The notes under the pieces were generated by a model that had not been told where the DNA came from, made no database searches, and worked only from the letters and a program-made list of their open reading frames with translations. A DNA stretch of 35,829 bases from Octopus bimaculoides (Eukaryota): positions 10,107,609-10,143,437 of the forward strand of contig NC_068985.1 in assembly GCF_001194135.2 (NCBI RefSeq), given 5' to 3'. Position numbers and translations under genes: made by a program. Below, piece by piece: positions 20,389 to 33,788 of this stretch; the stretch's first letter is position 1; each line of letters begins with the position of its first letter.

Positions 20389-20937
20389 AAGTTGACTCTG
20401 ATTGAATTTGAAACGAGAAAGTAAAGAGTCGGAGCAAGTTGACCCTAGTGTCATTTGAGACGAGAACGTAAAGAGTCAGAACAAATAAGTTGACTCTCTT
20501 GGCATTTGAAATGAGAACGTAAAGAGTCGGAATAACCAAATTGACTCTATTGGCATTTGAAACTAGAATGTAAAGAGTCGGAATAAATAAGTTGACTCTT
20601 GCGGCATTCGAAAGGAGAACGTAAAGAGTCGGAACAAGTAAGTTGACTCTATTGGCCTTTGAAACGAGAACGTAAAGAGTCGGAACAAGTTGACTCTTGC
20701 GGCATTTGAAACGAGAACGTAAAATGTCGGAACAAGTTGACTCTAGTGGAATTTGAAGCGAGAACGTAAAGAGTCGGAACAAATAAGTTGACTCTATTGG
20801 CATTTGAAACGAGAACGTAAAGAGTCGAAACAAGTAAGTTGACTCTATTGGTAAATGAAACGAGAACGTAAAGAGTCGGAACAAGTAAGTTGACTCTGGT
20901 GGCATTTGAAATGAGAATGAAAAAAGTCGGAACAAAT
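20389..20937 (-). repeat. 47/51-bp minisatellite, 11 units, expanded inside a family-A SINE
   Basis: aagttgactct recurs at 20389, 20436, 20487, 20538, 20589, 20640, 20687, 20734, 20785, 20836 and 20887. Flanks are the SINE 3' part (ttttcgaccacgtaaacgataaaaaggc) and 5' part (ttaacgtttctgcca). Confidence 0.92.
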
Positions 20938-21009
20938 AATGAATAGCCTTTTTAGCAACTTTTTAACGTTTCTGCCATCCCGTTGCCATAGTCACCAAAT
21001 ATCATGGTT

Positions 21010-21215
21010 TCCAATTTTGGCACAAGGCTCCCAATTGAGAAGGAGGGGTAAGTAGATTACAACGACCCCAGTGTTCAACTGATACGTATTTCATCGAGCC
21101 CGAGCGGACGAAAAACAAAGTCAACCTCGGCGGAGTTTGAACTTAAAGTCAACCTCGAAATGCTGCTAATCGTTTTAGCCAACGTGTTAACGGTTCTATT
21201 TGCTCGCCGCTTTAA
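21010..21215 (-). mobile_element. Family-A SINE, diverged
   Basis: ttttggcacaaggc...gaccccagtgttcaactg...aaagtcaacctcggcggagtttgaac...gctcgccgc. Confidence 0.85.
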
Positions 21216-22579
21216 AAACGTCTAATATATCATACATTGATCCAAAAGCAGGATTGAATGTCTAAAGATTTTAGCAATATTTTTTGAGTTATTCGATTTC
21301 TAGTATTGGAATTATTTCTATGCTTTCGATATTATTATGACCGGAATTAATTATGTTGTCAACATTTATTTTCCTCATTTCTCTTTTAGACAGATATATT
21401 AATCAGATTTCTATGCATGAATGATATCACAAGTTAACTAAATCGAGGATTAAAGCTAGAATCTTTATACATTTAGCCTATTTCAAAAAAATATTCGCAT
21501 TAAAATATAATTGGAAAATAAAATTTACATATTACTATGACTACATGAAAATAACTTATTCAATTAATACTGTTTCTCCCTTAAATATAATCTCTTTTAG
21601 CATCCGAGACACGTCAATAAAATGGTCATATTTATTTTCTTCATGAACAATTATTCTTTAAAAAATATTAAAAAACATAAGAACATAACTAATATAAACT
21701 CTATATTCATTTTCCCCAATTGTAACTTTAAGTTATTATTAGCATGTACTTCCTCTCACTTATCGTTGTATCGATATTTTCTTGTATTTTGGATGGGGCC
21801 AAAATGATATCTTCTTAAGTTTATAATCAAAACGCATAAACACTGTTCGGTGCATACAAATGTACACTTTGCATGTAAGTAGGAAGTTTTCCCTTTCGAA
21901 ATAAATCTGGAGCTTGATATAACATCTACCTTGGTAGGAAGTCACCATTGAACTGATATAGAGATTTTAATTAAGACAACGTGCTGACGGAATTGTTGGA
22001 ACATGAGAAATATACCTTGCGGTATGTATTCCCACTGCTTACGTTTTCGATTTAAAATCCTTCTGGGAGGAAATTGAAAGCATTTTTGTAAGTAAAAATC
22101 TTCTTCTTTATAATAATATTTCTAAAGTGTGACACAAAATATACCTAGCAACTATTTTATTGATATACTGATTAACTAATTCAAAAGTCTCTGCGTATTC
22201 CGAATCGATTTCGTATCGTCACGTACTAAACATATGTTCTCACTCTTAGATCAAGCAAAAGGCTGAGGCTCCTGAGATCCGACCGACCCACTCATTTGAA
22301 TCTAACTTTCTTCTAAGGGTACTTATGCACAAGATTCGTTGTGAGGTAAAAAAGTATACTTCCCAACTACGGGCTTCCGATGGCATCTCGGGAATATGTT
22401 CTATGCTATAGCTCCCGGCCACCCAAAGGCTTGTGATAAATGCATACATATATACATGTATATATATATAAATGGAATTTAAAAAAGAACAAAAACAAAA
22501 CAAGACGAAACAAAAGTCGAAGTGGGTTGTGTAAACAACAAAGAGATGTATTAGTTTAACTCTCGGGAAGTGAGAAAGT

Positions 22580-22615
22580 CTTTTACGTTTCGAGCCTACG
22601 CTCTGCAACAGAAAG
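22580..22615 (-). ncRNA. Variant hammerhead-like motif in a Penelope-type tail fragment (about 22470-22660), same family as 9095-9130
   Basis: Minus strand CUUU-CUGUUGC-A-GAGC(GUAG)GCUC-GAAA-CG-UA-AAAG. Helix II perfect, palindromic ACGU, core has U6 and C9. Confidence 0.5.
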
Positions 22616-23051
22616 GAACACAGAAATAAACAGAGAAAATATAAAAAAGGGGTTTAGTGGCTAGCGGTATGTATNNNNNNNNNNNNNNNNNNNNNNNNNN
22701 NNNNNNNNNNNNNNNNNNNNNNNNNNNNNNNNNNNNNNNNNNNNNNNNNNNNNNNNNNNNNNNNNNNNNNNNNNNNNNNNNNNNNNNNNNNNNNNNNNNN
22801 NNNNNNNNNNNNNNNNNNNNNNNNNNNNNNNNNNNNNNNNNNNNNNNNNNNNNNNNNNNNNNNNNNNNNNNNNNNNNNNNNNNNNNNNNNNNNNNNNNNN
22901 NNNNNNNNNNNNNNNNNNNNNNNNNNNNNNNNNNNNNNNNNNNNNNNNNNNNNNNNNNNNNNNNNNNNNNNNNNNNNNNNNNNNNNNNNNNNNNNNNNNN
23001 NNNNNNNNNNNCTATCTATCTATCTCTATCTGTGTCTGCGTGTCTGTCTGT

Positions 23052-23102
<51 letters not shown>

Positions 23103-23127
23103 CTTAATCTATCTATCCCTAATCTAT

Positions 23128-23171
23128 CTATCTATCTATCCTGAAGCCACTGCTTCAGGATAGATAGATAG
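23128..23171. repeat. Perfect 20-bp inverted repeat with 4-nt loop
   Basis: ctatctatctatcctgaagc-cact-gcttcaggatagatagatag. Confidence 0.95.
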
Positions 23172-24290
23172 CGGCGGAATCATTTGCACGCCGGGCAAAA
23201 TACTCAGTGGCACTTCGTATCCATTGAGCCCTGGAGTCCATATAATCCCCAGGTGTTACTTAGATGTTGATTAAGACCATGCTCTTTATGGAGTCACATC
23301 AGCGTTTCATAAAGTGAATCCATTGGTGAATGACCTATAAGTTAAAAACTAATTCGCCCCCTTATTGCGTACCCTGCCAATAGAAGTTGATGGTTTACAG
23401 CGATCGTTTGGATTCTTATCGATTTTATTCCAACCCTTTGCCAGTGCATCACTGTAAGTGACGTAGAGAATCAACATGACGTTCAGGATTGGTCATAATT
23501 TTACTTGATATAGTCTCTTAAGTTAGCGTATATATCGTTGATATTCTGTCCTAGTTTTACAATCATAGAGCAGTGTATTGATAAACAAAAGTCTGAAAGA
23601 CCAACAGAAAAATTCAATTACATATACTTGAAAACAAACGATAATTAAAATTTTCTAAGAAATGGGGATACATTTCAAATGACTTTATTATAATAAATGT
23701 ACGATATCTCTAAAGAATATCACCGAATATTAATAAAGGTGTATTGTATATTCTGATATACTTCAAGAATGTTCAACAGATTGAACGTTGTTCTTGGTTA
23801 CTTTTTATTTTCTTGAGAAAAAGCAAAGATCTAAAGCCCTCAATTTCTGAAAAATTACGATTGCATAGAACCAGATCCATGTAAAAAAAAAAAAAAAAAG
23901 TGGATTGCACAAACGGTAAGACATTAAAAAACTGCCTTGCAGTAGTTAATTACGGTTCCTTCCGTTTAGATTCAGCTCAAATTTTGCTGAGATATATTTT
24001 GCGTTTCGTTGATCCTATTTCGATAAAATAAGTACCAAGCAATTACTGAGGTCGATATAATCAACGAAATAAACCCCCTCTAATAGCTTACTCTTATGTT
24101 TTCTACTCTTCCTCTCCTTATCATCTTCGTTAACGTTATCTTATGTAAGCTTTTCTATACAGGTATTGTTGGACAGGTTTCTTGGAGTATTGTTTTACAT
24201 CTAGATATCTTTCTTGTCTTCAATACGTTTACCCAGTTTTTACGACATGCAGAGATGCTGCATGCATTTTCTAAAATCTGTAATAGCAGC

Positions 24291-24671
24291 GGCACTCCGT
24301 CGGTTACGACGACGAGGGTTCCAGTTAATCCGATCAATGGAACAACCTGCTCGTGAAATTAACGTGCAAGTGGCTGAGAACTCCACAGACACGTGTACCC
24401 TTAACGTAGTTCTCGGAGAGATTCAGCGTGACACAGAGTGTGACAAAGCTGGCCCTTTGAAATATAGGTAGAACAGAAACAGGAAGAAAGAGTGAGAGAA
24501 ATTTGTGGTGAAAGAGTACAGCAGGGTTCGCCACCATCCCCTGCAGGAGACTCGTGGAGCTTTAGGTGTTTCCGCTCAATAAACACTCACAGCGCCTGGT
24601 CTGGGAATCGAAGCCGCGATCCTACGACCGCGAGTCCGCTGCCCTAAACCATTGGGCCTTTGTGTCTCCAC
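24291..24671 (-). mobile_element. Family-C tRNA-headed SINE, full length
   Basis: Reverse complement of the 3259-3659 type; probable TSD aatagcag at 24282-24289 and 24675-24682. Confidence 0.92.
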
Positions 24672-25421
24672 TGGAATAGCAGTAATATATAACGAATACG
24701 CAGGAATAAATTGAAAGACACTACACATGCAATCCATGCACAAATGAACTAGGCAAACAGTTATATATCCTACGATCAGCTCCGAGCGTATTTACAAATC
24801 AAATCTGATAATTAGACAAAAAAGAACATGAAAAGGAATAAAAATACTGATTAAATCATAAAATAATAATTTGTAAAATATGGTCATCTACTTAATTAAA
24901 ACATTAATGCATAATTAAAACATTAATCCTCCCACATAGGACAGTCAGAATATAATGCAATACCAACTATTTATGGATTGCTATTAATTATAGAATGAAA
25001 ATTAAACTTTATGCAGAAATGATCATAGAAGACTACAAATACAACACACAACACAAACACAAGCTAAAATGAGCGCAAACATCAACTCTCATTCACACAC
25101 ACACACACGCACACGCACACACACACACACACCATACATACATATATATCTATGTATATATGACGCATCAAAATACAAATTCATGAGGGTGAGATTTTTG
25201 TGAGACGATGATGTGTCCTACNNNNNNNNNNNNNNNNNNNNNNNNNNNNNNNNNNNNNNNNNNNNNNNNNNNNNNNNNNNNNNNNNNNNNNNNNNNAATT
25301 ATATCGCTGTTATTTCTCTGGAACCGAGGGTTTTTCAGCTGACAGATCAGCACTTTTGCTTTCAACCAGAATCGAAAATAGCTGTGTCTCGTTCATATTT
25401 TGAATTTTGGCTGGAAATACA

Positions 25422-25462
<41 letters not shown>

Positions 25463-25846
25463 AAGCTTTCGTACGTGAGATGAAACAAAAAAAAAATCTA
25501 TTAAAGAACATTGTTTATTCAGTTTGGTCTTCTTGTTGAGTGTATATGAGTACATATGTCGCATGCACATACGTACATTACATGGCTGTTAGTACAGCTG
25601 CCTTTGTTAATGACTAGCTGACTCTGTGCCGTCAAAAATGTAATATTTTATTGTAGTATTTTATTGTAGTATTTTATTGTAGTATTTTATATATAATAAG
25701 GTTTAAAATAAGATACATAATAATCACAGACACAAACATTTACATACTTCCCTTGTACATGCACACGCATACACACACATACGAAGAGTTGAAACGCTGT
25801 TTGATTTTTCTTTTCAGCGTTGAACGTTCACCATCTCATTTCTATT

Positions 25847-25891
<45 letters not shown>

Positions 25892-27163
25892 CACACACAC
25901 ATACACACACACCTCTGTTTTACATATATATACATATATACATATATGTATACTNNNNNNNNNNNNNNNNNNNNNNNNNNNNNNNNNNNNNNNNNNNNNN
26001 NNNNNNNNNNNNNNNNNNNNNNNNNNNNNNNNNNNNNNNNNNNNNNNNNNNNNNNNNNNNNNNNNNNNNNNNNNNNNNNNNNNNNNNNNNNNNNNNNNNN
26101 NNNNNNNNNNNNNNNNNNNNNNNNNNNNNNNNNNNNNNNNNNNNNNNNNNNNNNNNNNNNNNNNNNNNNNNNNNNNNNNNNNNNNNNNNNNNNNNNNNNN
26201 NNNNNNNNNNNNNNNNNNNNNNNNNNNNNNNNNNNNNNNNNNNNNNNNNNNNNNNNNNNNNNNNNNNNNNNNNNNNNNNNNNNNNNNNNNNNNNNNNNNN
26301 NNNNNNNNNNNNNNNNNNNNNNNNNNNNNNNNNNNNNNNNNNNNNNNNNNNNNNNNNNNNNNNNNNNNNNNNNNNNNNNNNNNNNNNNNNNNNNNNNNNN
26401 NNNNNNNNNNNNNNNNNNNNNNNNNNNNNNNNNNNNNNNNNNNNNNNNNNNNNNNNNNNNNNNNNNNNNNNNNNNNNNNNNNNNNNNNNNNNNNNNNNNN
26501 NNNNNNNNNNNNNNNNNNNNNNNNNNNNNNNNNNNNNNNNNNNNNNNNNNNNNNNNNNNNNNNNNNNNNNNNNNNNNNNNNNNNNNNNNNNNNNNNNNNN
26601 NNNNNNNNNNNNNNNNNNNNNNNNNNNNNNNNNNNNNNNNNNNNNNNNNNNNNNNNNNNNNNNNNNNNNNNNNNNNNNNNNNNNNNNNNNNNNNNNNNNN
26701 NNNNNNNNNNNNNNNNNNNNNNNNNNNNNNNNNNNNNNNNNNNNNNNNNNNNNNNNNNNNNNNNNNNNNNNNNNNNNNNNNNNNNNNNNNNNNNNNNNNN
26801 NNNNNNNNNNNNNNNNNNNNNNNNNNNNNNNNNNNNNNNNNNNNNNNNNNNNNNNNNNNNNNNNNNNNNNNNNNNNNNNNNNNNNNNNNNNNNNNNNNNN
26901 NNNNNNNNNNNNNNNNNNNNNNNNNNNNNNNTTTAAATCTCTGAGCGTGATGTTGGCAAATAAATTTTAATTTAAAAGATTTATCCCCCAAATCTTATTT
27001 TGCTGTTATTTTTAGCACACCTCACAGCCACCTCAATGCTCAATGACAAAAAGAAACAAACATTAAGCTGGACGGAGAAGTTGCTATCTGCCGGTAGAGA
27101 GGGAAAGAGTAGAGAATGCACGGTGCTGACTAGAAAGGAAGAAAGGATAAAGGTGGCTCTGCT

Positions 27164-27186
27164 CTGATTGGCTATATGCAAATGAG
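27164..27186. promoter_or_regulatory. Adjacent NF-Y (CCAAT) box and octamer motif
   Basis: ctgattggct (reverse AGCCAATCAG) followed after 2 bp by ATGCAAAT-GAG, in non-repeat sequence. Motif match only. Confidence 0.3.
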
Positions 27187-27251
27187 TTCATTACTGGGCT
27201 CCGGAACTCTCGTGGAAAACAAAATTTCGCGTACAGCACTGACTGTAATAT

Positions 27252-27465
27252 TGGTTTCAAATTTTGGCATAAGGCCAGCAATTTCGGTTGGGAGATAAGG
27301 CGATTACATCGATCTTAATGTTCAACTAGTAGTTATTTTCTCGACTCGAAAAGGATGAAAGGCAAAGTCGACCTTGGCGGAATTTGAACTAAAAGCATGA
27401 AAAATGGACGAAATGCCGCAAAGAATTTTGCCCGGCGTCCTAGATTCTGCCAGCTTGTTGCCTTA
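27252..27465 (-). mobile_element. Family-A SINE
   Basis: ttttggcataaggccagcaatttc...aaggatgaaaggcaaagtcgaccttggcggaatttgaac...ctgccagcttgttgcctt. Confidence 0.88.
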
Positions 27466-29139
27466 GCGCTTGCTGTAATAATTTATTTCTGAGAAACATT
27501 TTAAAAGAGGCTTGGGTGTGGAAATCATACCGGTTAACTTAGAACACCAAACATGAAGATTCAACCTTATTTGATCTCCTCAGTAACGAATATCTCGGAT
27601 ATTCTAAGCTAAACTAAAAAATTGTTTGTTCCGATACAGTAATTGGTAAAATAAAACATTTACTTATTTGCATCCATATTGTTCTTGTGTTTTTTTTCTT
27701 CTTAAAACATCACAATTTGCCTGCCACCTTTTCAACCCTTACAACCCACGCATCAATCAAAGGCACTAATAATGGCTCTGAACATTATTGGATGTTAAAC
27801 AATAAAGCATAATTTGACAACCACTCAAAATGTCGAAACATCTGCTTTTGCTCAATTATGAGACGCATTAGCAAAGACAGTTTAATATGAAATCAAGTCA
27901 TCAAAGAGTGTGTTAAAGGTCCTTTACTGGAGTTTATGATTTTTTAGTTTTAGCGACAAGGGAAGGCAGTATCATTCACCCATACAGGGCCCCGGAGACT
28001 GGGATGAGAAACAGAGGGAGACTTGTATCTGCGAGCAGTAAACCATGTCTGAATGCTTGTAGCAGAGGAAACTCAATTAAGACATTCAAAATCCGGTGAT
28101 AGTGTTAAGACCCGAACCTTTGTCCTCCTGCTCAGATATCGGCAGCGCCAAACACCCATGTCCAGTGAGCCCACAACTGCACCAATAAGTCCAAGACTTT
28201 TTTTTTAAAGAATATTAAGAACTGAAAGAAGTATCGTTCTACCTTCTCACAGTTTAACTAATCCGCCATCTTTTATTGATTCCGAAGCAATGAAAGTAAA
28301 ATTGACCACATTTAACTAACTGCCAATATGGCTAGTAAGTTAAGTGTGTCATACAACAGCGAATAATGCTTTTGGAAGCATTATATAAATATGATGAAGC
28401 TATGCAGCGAAATATCTATATTTGAAGTCACTAAAATGTCAGAGCGATTTGTAAAGAAAGCGAGGCTCTCTATGGTGTCTCAGTTCCTTAGATATAACAG
28501 CTAAATCTTCCACAATTCACTTACTACTCTCTTAAAACAATACATCAATACCTTAGATAATGTAACGTAAATACTTTATCGAATATGATGAGGTAGCCAG
28601 GTTTAGAATGCTTTTGGAAAACGTTTGCTTAATGACATTATTTTCCCTCTCTTATAGTTAGCTTTGCTTTTTGCTTCCTCAGTTAAATCTGCTAACATTG
28701 ACTTAGCATTGCAAAAGATGTATATTTTCCTCTTGTTTGAACTGCTAAATTGTGCGTATGCTTATCTACCCGGCTAAGATTTTTGTGACTATAGAGTATA
28801 TAGCGCCGCAGGTATTTCACACAATTGATTGTATTCCATGCAAGCATTTATATATATTTTTTATATTCAACTGCATATCAAAGCTGACGTGCTGTCGTTT
28901 AAAAAGAAGATTGTGTGCCGTATTTCCTGATGTCAACGAATACTTGTCAGCAATTCTCCGGTGTAACCTGATGTGTTATTGTCTTGAATAAAGTGAACAC
29001 TTGTCTCTTCTGAATCAAGGCTTGTGTAACGTATGCGGAATTTTTGCATCTGAGAGAAGTTCTACACATCAAAACCCCAAAATCCTTCTCACGTTTTATA
29101 CACTCTTGTCACGAACACATATATTTATTCTTTTGTACT

Positions 29140-29419
<280 letters not shown>

Positions 29420-29439
29420 TCCAAAATGTAACTAGATGT

Positions 29440-29962
29440 GGATTGTTGCCGATTTTTTCCTCCATTTTCCTTTTCTCTTGGACGTTCCTCTGTCCCCTGT
29501 TTCTAAAGAAGAACTTTGCTCCAAACATAAAACTATCTTTCTTTCCTTCTCTGAGCGTCTTACATACTTTTTTGAATGCCCATTATTCCGATAATTCTGC
29601 ACTTTTCCAGTTACAATTTTTCCATGACAGTAGATAAGTTTTTTAGTCCACAACGTATTTGTAATGGCTTCATGCAGGCAAAGCGTGGATTCGATCCTCG
29701 ATTGCCAAATTTCACGGTAAAACATTTCCCAGATGTCTTCGCTAAGCAGAATAATGTCTTTGTCTCTCGCCAACCTCCGACAACCTCTCTCACCAACCTC
29801 CGACAATCTCTTCCTCCTCCAGCTGGCAGTTTTTTGTAATTTTTCATGATGGAAAATACAGCTTTTGTGGCAGTTATAACGAAATTGCTTTCTTATACCA
29901 GAGTAATAAGGCGTTTCAATAGAACATCTTTACCCCCGGGAATTACCGGGTACACCAGCTAA
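29440..29962 (+). mobile_element. Non-autonomous Helitron-like element, 3' terminus (5' boundary uncertain)
   Basis: Subterminal hairpin cccgg-gaatta-ccggg (29935-29950), then CTAA|T at 29959-29963, fitting the hairpin plus CTRR|T rule. Confidence 0.5.
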
Positions 29963-30522
29963 TTTTTACATATATAAATATGTGCGAAAAAAATAAGTTC
30001 AAACTTTTCGAAAGGTCCAAAAAGAGAGAAAGAATGATTTCTAATAGAGATTCATCATATTCATAAAAAAACAGCCAGATCAAGTAAAAAGAATATGAAA
30101 ATAATAGTTGAAAAATATCGTTATAGGTATAAAAATACCATAAACAATTATGGAAAAATGGAGCAGAAAAAGATGATGCATCAAAATTAGATTTAATACA
30201 AATTAGGATTCAACACATACGCGCGAAAGTCCCAGATGAACCTACTTCGCGGCACGAAGTGCAAATGAGGGGAGCGACATCAAACTCCCTTATTCACCAA
30301 ATGCCACATATTAGAGGAGGCTCTCAATAATAACAGTGTAGCAAAACTGCAGTGCCTCAGCATGGCCGCAGCTCTGAACTGAGACTACAATATATATATA
30401 TACGCACACACATACATCTATACATATACATTTATATAAATACACCTATACATATACATCTCTCTATATACACATATATACATGCATATATATATATATA
30501 TATATATATATANNNNNNNNNN

Positions 30523-30785
30523 TCACACATTACGATGGAGATGTTATTGTATCACTTTTGACACGTATTGCTGAAATAGTGTAAGAGATAAGAGATTGCT
30601 CCGGGCTCGCATTAGGCAAGAAGCTGAAAATTGCTTTGGCCCATGACACTGCAAGGACCCTAAATAAGGCATGTGTAAAATTTGAATGAAATCGGTTGGG
30701 TAGTTCTCGAGTTTTAGTGGCGTACACACACAGACAGATAGACAGACACACACACACACATTCTTAGTTTTATTTATATAAATAA
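30523..30785 (-). mobile_element. Non-autonomous Helitron-like element, 5' part
   Basis: Minus strand AT-rich start, (TG)n/(TCTG)n, then aaaactcgagaactacccaaccgatttcattcaaattttacac, the typical microsatellite-bearing Lep1/HINE-type 5' architecture. Confidence 0.55.
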
Positions 30786-31284
30786 TCATATGCAGATCCA
30801 AAAAGATTAAATTTTGTGTACTAACATGTTGCTGCACTCCGATTGGTTGTCTTGTAACTTTTGAGAAATAGGAAGAAACAACGCCAGAGCATCACTCAAA
30901 AAGCTTTTGATTTAATCTATTTAAGCTCTGGATTGAAATACTTATCATTGCTTTTCTTCTTGCATCCAATATATTACAGTAAGATATTCGTGTAACTTTA
31001 AATAAACATAACACTCTCATTTCAGTATTTGGTACTGTGCTTAATTAAAAATTCATTATCAGAACTTCCCATTGAATTGTTTGTTATTTCTCCTTCAAGA
31101 AAATTCGATTGCTGCTCACGCGTCAAATGACAGTTTTCGTTTCGTTGTTATAAACTTGACTCGCTGCCAGTGTGGTAGTTTGCTTTTAAAAGACAATGAT
31201 GCAGGAAACCTATGGTGAACTATAACTATAACCCTCGACATATTTTCTGATAATTTCTTAATCTAACAAGTAATTTCTTTTCAA

Positions 31285-31695
31285 GGATACTCTTTACTCT
31301 TTTACTCTTTTATTTGTTTCAGTCATTTGACTGCGGCCATGCTGGAGTACTGCCTTTAGTCGAGCAAATCGATCCCAGGACTTATTCTTTGTACGCCTAG
31401 TACTTATTCTATCGATTTCTGTTGCCGAACCGATAATGTTACGGGGACGTAAACACACCAGCATCGGTTGTCAAGCGATGTTGGGGCGACAAAGACAGAC
31501 ACAAAAACATACACACACACACACACACATATATATATACGACGGGCTTCTTTCAGTTTCCGTCTACCAAATTCACTCACAAGGCTTTGGTCGGCCCGAG
31601 GCTATAGTAGAAGACACTTGCCCAAGGTGCCACGCAGTGGGACTGAACCCGGAACCATGTGGTTCGTAATCAAGCTACTTACCACACAGCCACTC
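31285..31695 (-). mobile_element. Family-B SINE, full length
   Basis: From tactctttactcttttactc tail to ctacttaccacacagccact head; close to consensus. Confidence 0.93.
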
Positions 31696-32739
31696 CTAGG
31701 TGTGATCTGAACAAAATTTAGTTATTATTTTTAGCAGGTTCAGTATTCGTTGAAAATCTCTCATTGGTCTGGCACAAGCAGAATGTTATCCTTTACGTTA
31801 CTTGTTTTGTCTTCAATTAATTTGCGTACCAATAGTCAGGCATATATGGACGTCAGAATTTCACGATAATAATAAATGAAGAGTACAACAATCAACATTT
31901 TGGCCGGATAGCCAACGCTTTGTCCTTGCGTTAGATACATAAATTACTAATTAATTTTCTTAACTATGACACATTCCGATGGAGTTAATTAAATGTGAAT
32001 TTCGTAAACATTTAAATATTAATCAGTGACATAGTGAAAACATTGCTTCATTAAACATATTTCACAAGTACCATTTCCTTAATAATTTCTGTTTGGTTTG
32101 TATAATTCTTTAATTATTATTTCCATCTTTCCTTTAGCTAGCTTCTGTTTTTTTTTTTTTTACATGTTATTTTATATAATGCCCACGTAATACAGTGTTG
32201 AAATAGCGTATTCATATTATAGCCTAAAAGATTCTTTTTTTTGTAATTGAAGTAAAAAAAAATGTAGTTCATTGTTATTAGTTTGCTAATTAAAGTCTTG
32301 TAGATCTTTAAGATATTCTATAAGCTATGTGACTGCTAGAAGGAATGCTGTAATGTATTCTGTACACTAATCAAACAAGCCTGCAGCGATCACATTTGAT
32401 AATAGATAAAAGATGCCTTCCTTCGCAACACACAACGCATTCATCTGTATAAAGTAAAAACTACATTTTCACGCATGCACAGCTTCGTGTATACAGATCT
32501 ATACGAAATGCATAAACAGAGATAAAACAAAAAAGAAAACCAATATAATATAGCACACAAATAAATAATTGCAAATGAAAACTTCACCTCATCAAAAAAA
32601 AAAAAAGCACACAAAAAAATGTAACTAACGAAGAATGAATTAACAGGGAAAGAGATACCAAAACATACAAGTCAAATTAGTCTCCTGAAATTAAAATGAT
32701 TTTGAAATGGTAATGATTTCTAAAAAAGAAATGCAACCT

Positions 32740-32880
32740 CCGAATAGAGGTTCCTTTATGAAGTGCGCGGTGGATCGGGCTGCTAGAAATAGCAGCCAAA
32801 TTTTCGTTAAAAGTATACCATTATCTCTTGAAATATATGAATATATTGGATAACGAAAACCTGGATAATCTATGATTGAA
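32740..32880. repeat. Dispersed repeat fragment with a perfect GAAA-tetraloop hairpin
   Basis: ggctgcta-gaaa-tagcagcc at 32778-32797; a more decayed relative appears near 28440-28620. Confidence 0.45.
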
Positions 32881-32991
32881 AAGGAAACTATTTTCAAGTA
32901 TAGAACGTAGATTGAATGATAAATATCAGCTTATACATATACGCGCCTCCACGTGGTTCCAAGTTCGTTTCCACAATGCGGCATCGGGTTA

Positions 32992-33190
32992 ATAAAGGTG
33001 ACGAGTTGGCAGAATCCTTAGTATTCCAGTCTAAAGGTTTAGCAGCATTTCGTCCGTCTTTATGTTCTGAGGGGTAATTCCCTCGAGGTCACCTTACCTT
33101 TCATCCTTTCGGAGTAGATAAAATAAGTACCATTTTAGCACTGGGGTCTATGTAATCGACTAACCCCTCCCTGAGAATAACTGGTTTTGG
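32992..33190 (+). mobile_element. Family-A SINE, diverged
   Basis: aaaggtgacgagttggcagaatc...gaggtcaccttacctttcatcctttcgg...cactggggtctatgtaatcgac. Confidence 0.85.
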
Positions 33191-33526
33191 GTCAAAATGT
33201 GAATATATTATAGCTTCGGGTTAACAAATATTTTGTAAGTACCGAGAAGCATTCTATACAGCAGTCCAACGACTTTGACAGTTCGACACATTTTGCTGAT
33301 ATTATTAATGTCTTACAAATATGGGGAATGGTTGGTGATGGATACCATCTAAAATCAGGAGATAACTATAGTTCTATATTTAAGAAATGAGAAATTATGT
33401 ACATTATTTACATTATTTACATTTGACGGATATTTGTCCTCAACTTGTTTGTTCTTAACACAACGTTTCGGCTTTAATCAGGTGTCTTGGGGGAAATTTC
33501 GAACCTGAGTCCTCATTCCTAAGGTA

Positions 33527-33581
<55 letters not shown>

Positions 33582-33614
33582 TCACTGCCTGGAACCACTA
33601 CGCCATATACCCAC

Positions 33615-33685
33615 GGGCATATGGTGTAATGGTTAAGAGCGCGGGCTACTAACCCCAAGATTCCGAGTTCGATTCCAAGCAGTGA

Positions 33686-33690
<5 letters not shown>
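33615..33690 (+). ncRNA. tRNA-derived Pol III head (not a functional tRNA)
   Basis: A-box tggtgtaatgg, B-box gagttcgattcc, anticodon-like arm ggg-ctactaa-ccc; no proper acceptor stem. Confidence 0.75.
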
Positions 33691-33731
<41 letters not shown>

Positions 33732-33788
33732 AATAACAACAGCGAAAACTACCTTAGGAATGAGAACCCAGGTTCGAAATTTCCCCAA

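Noticed and set aside
20348-20935. 195-aa ORF with 17-aa repeats, and a CRISPR reading of the array
   Set aside because: The 51-bp unit is a multiple of three, which explains the ORF. Units are contiguous with no unique spacers, there are no cas genes, and the context is eukaryotic.
1200-26991. Long ORFs containing X runs (e.g. 1200-1820, 7418-8125, 16043-16966, 25753-26970)
   Set aside because: They are open only because N-gaps contain no stop codons.
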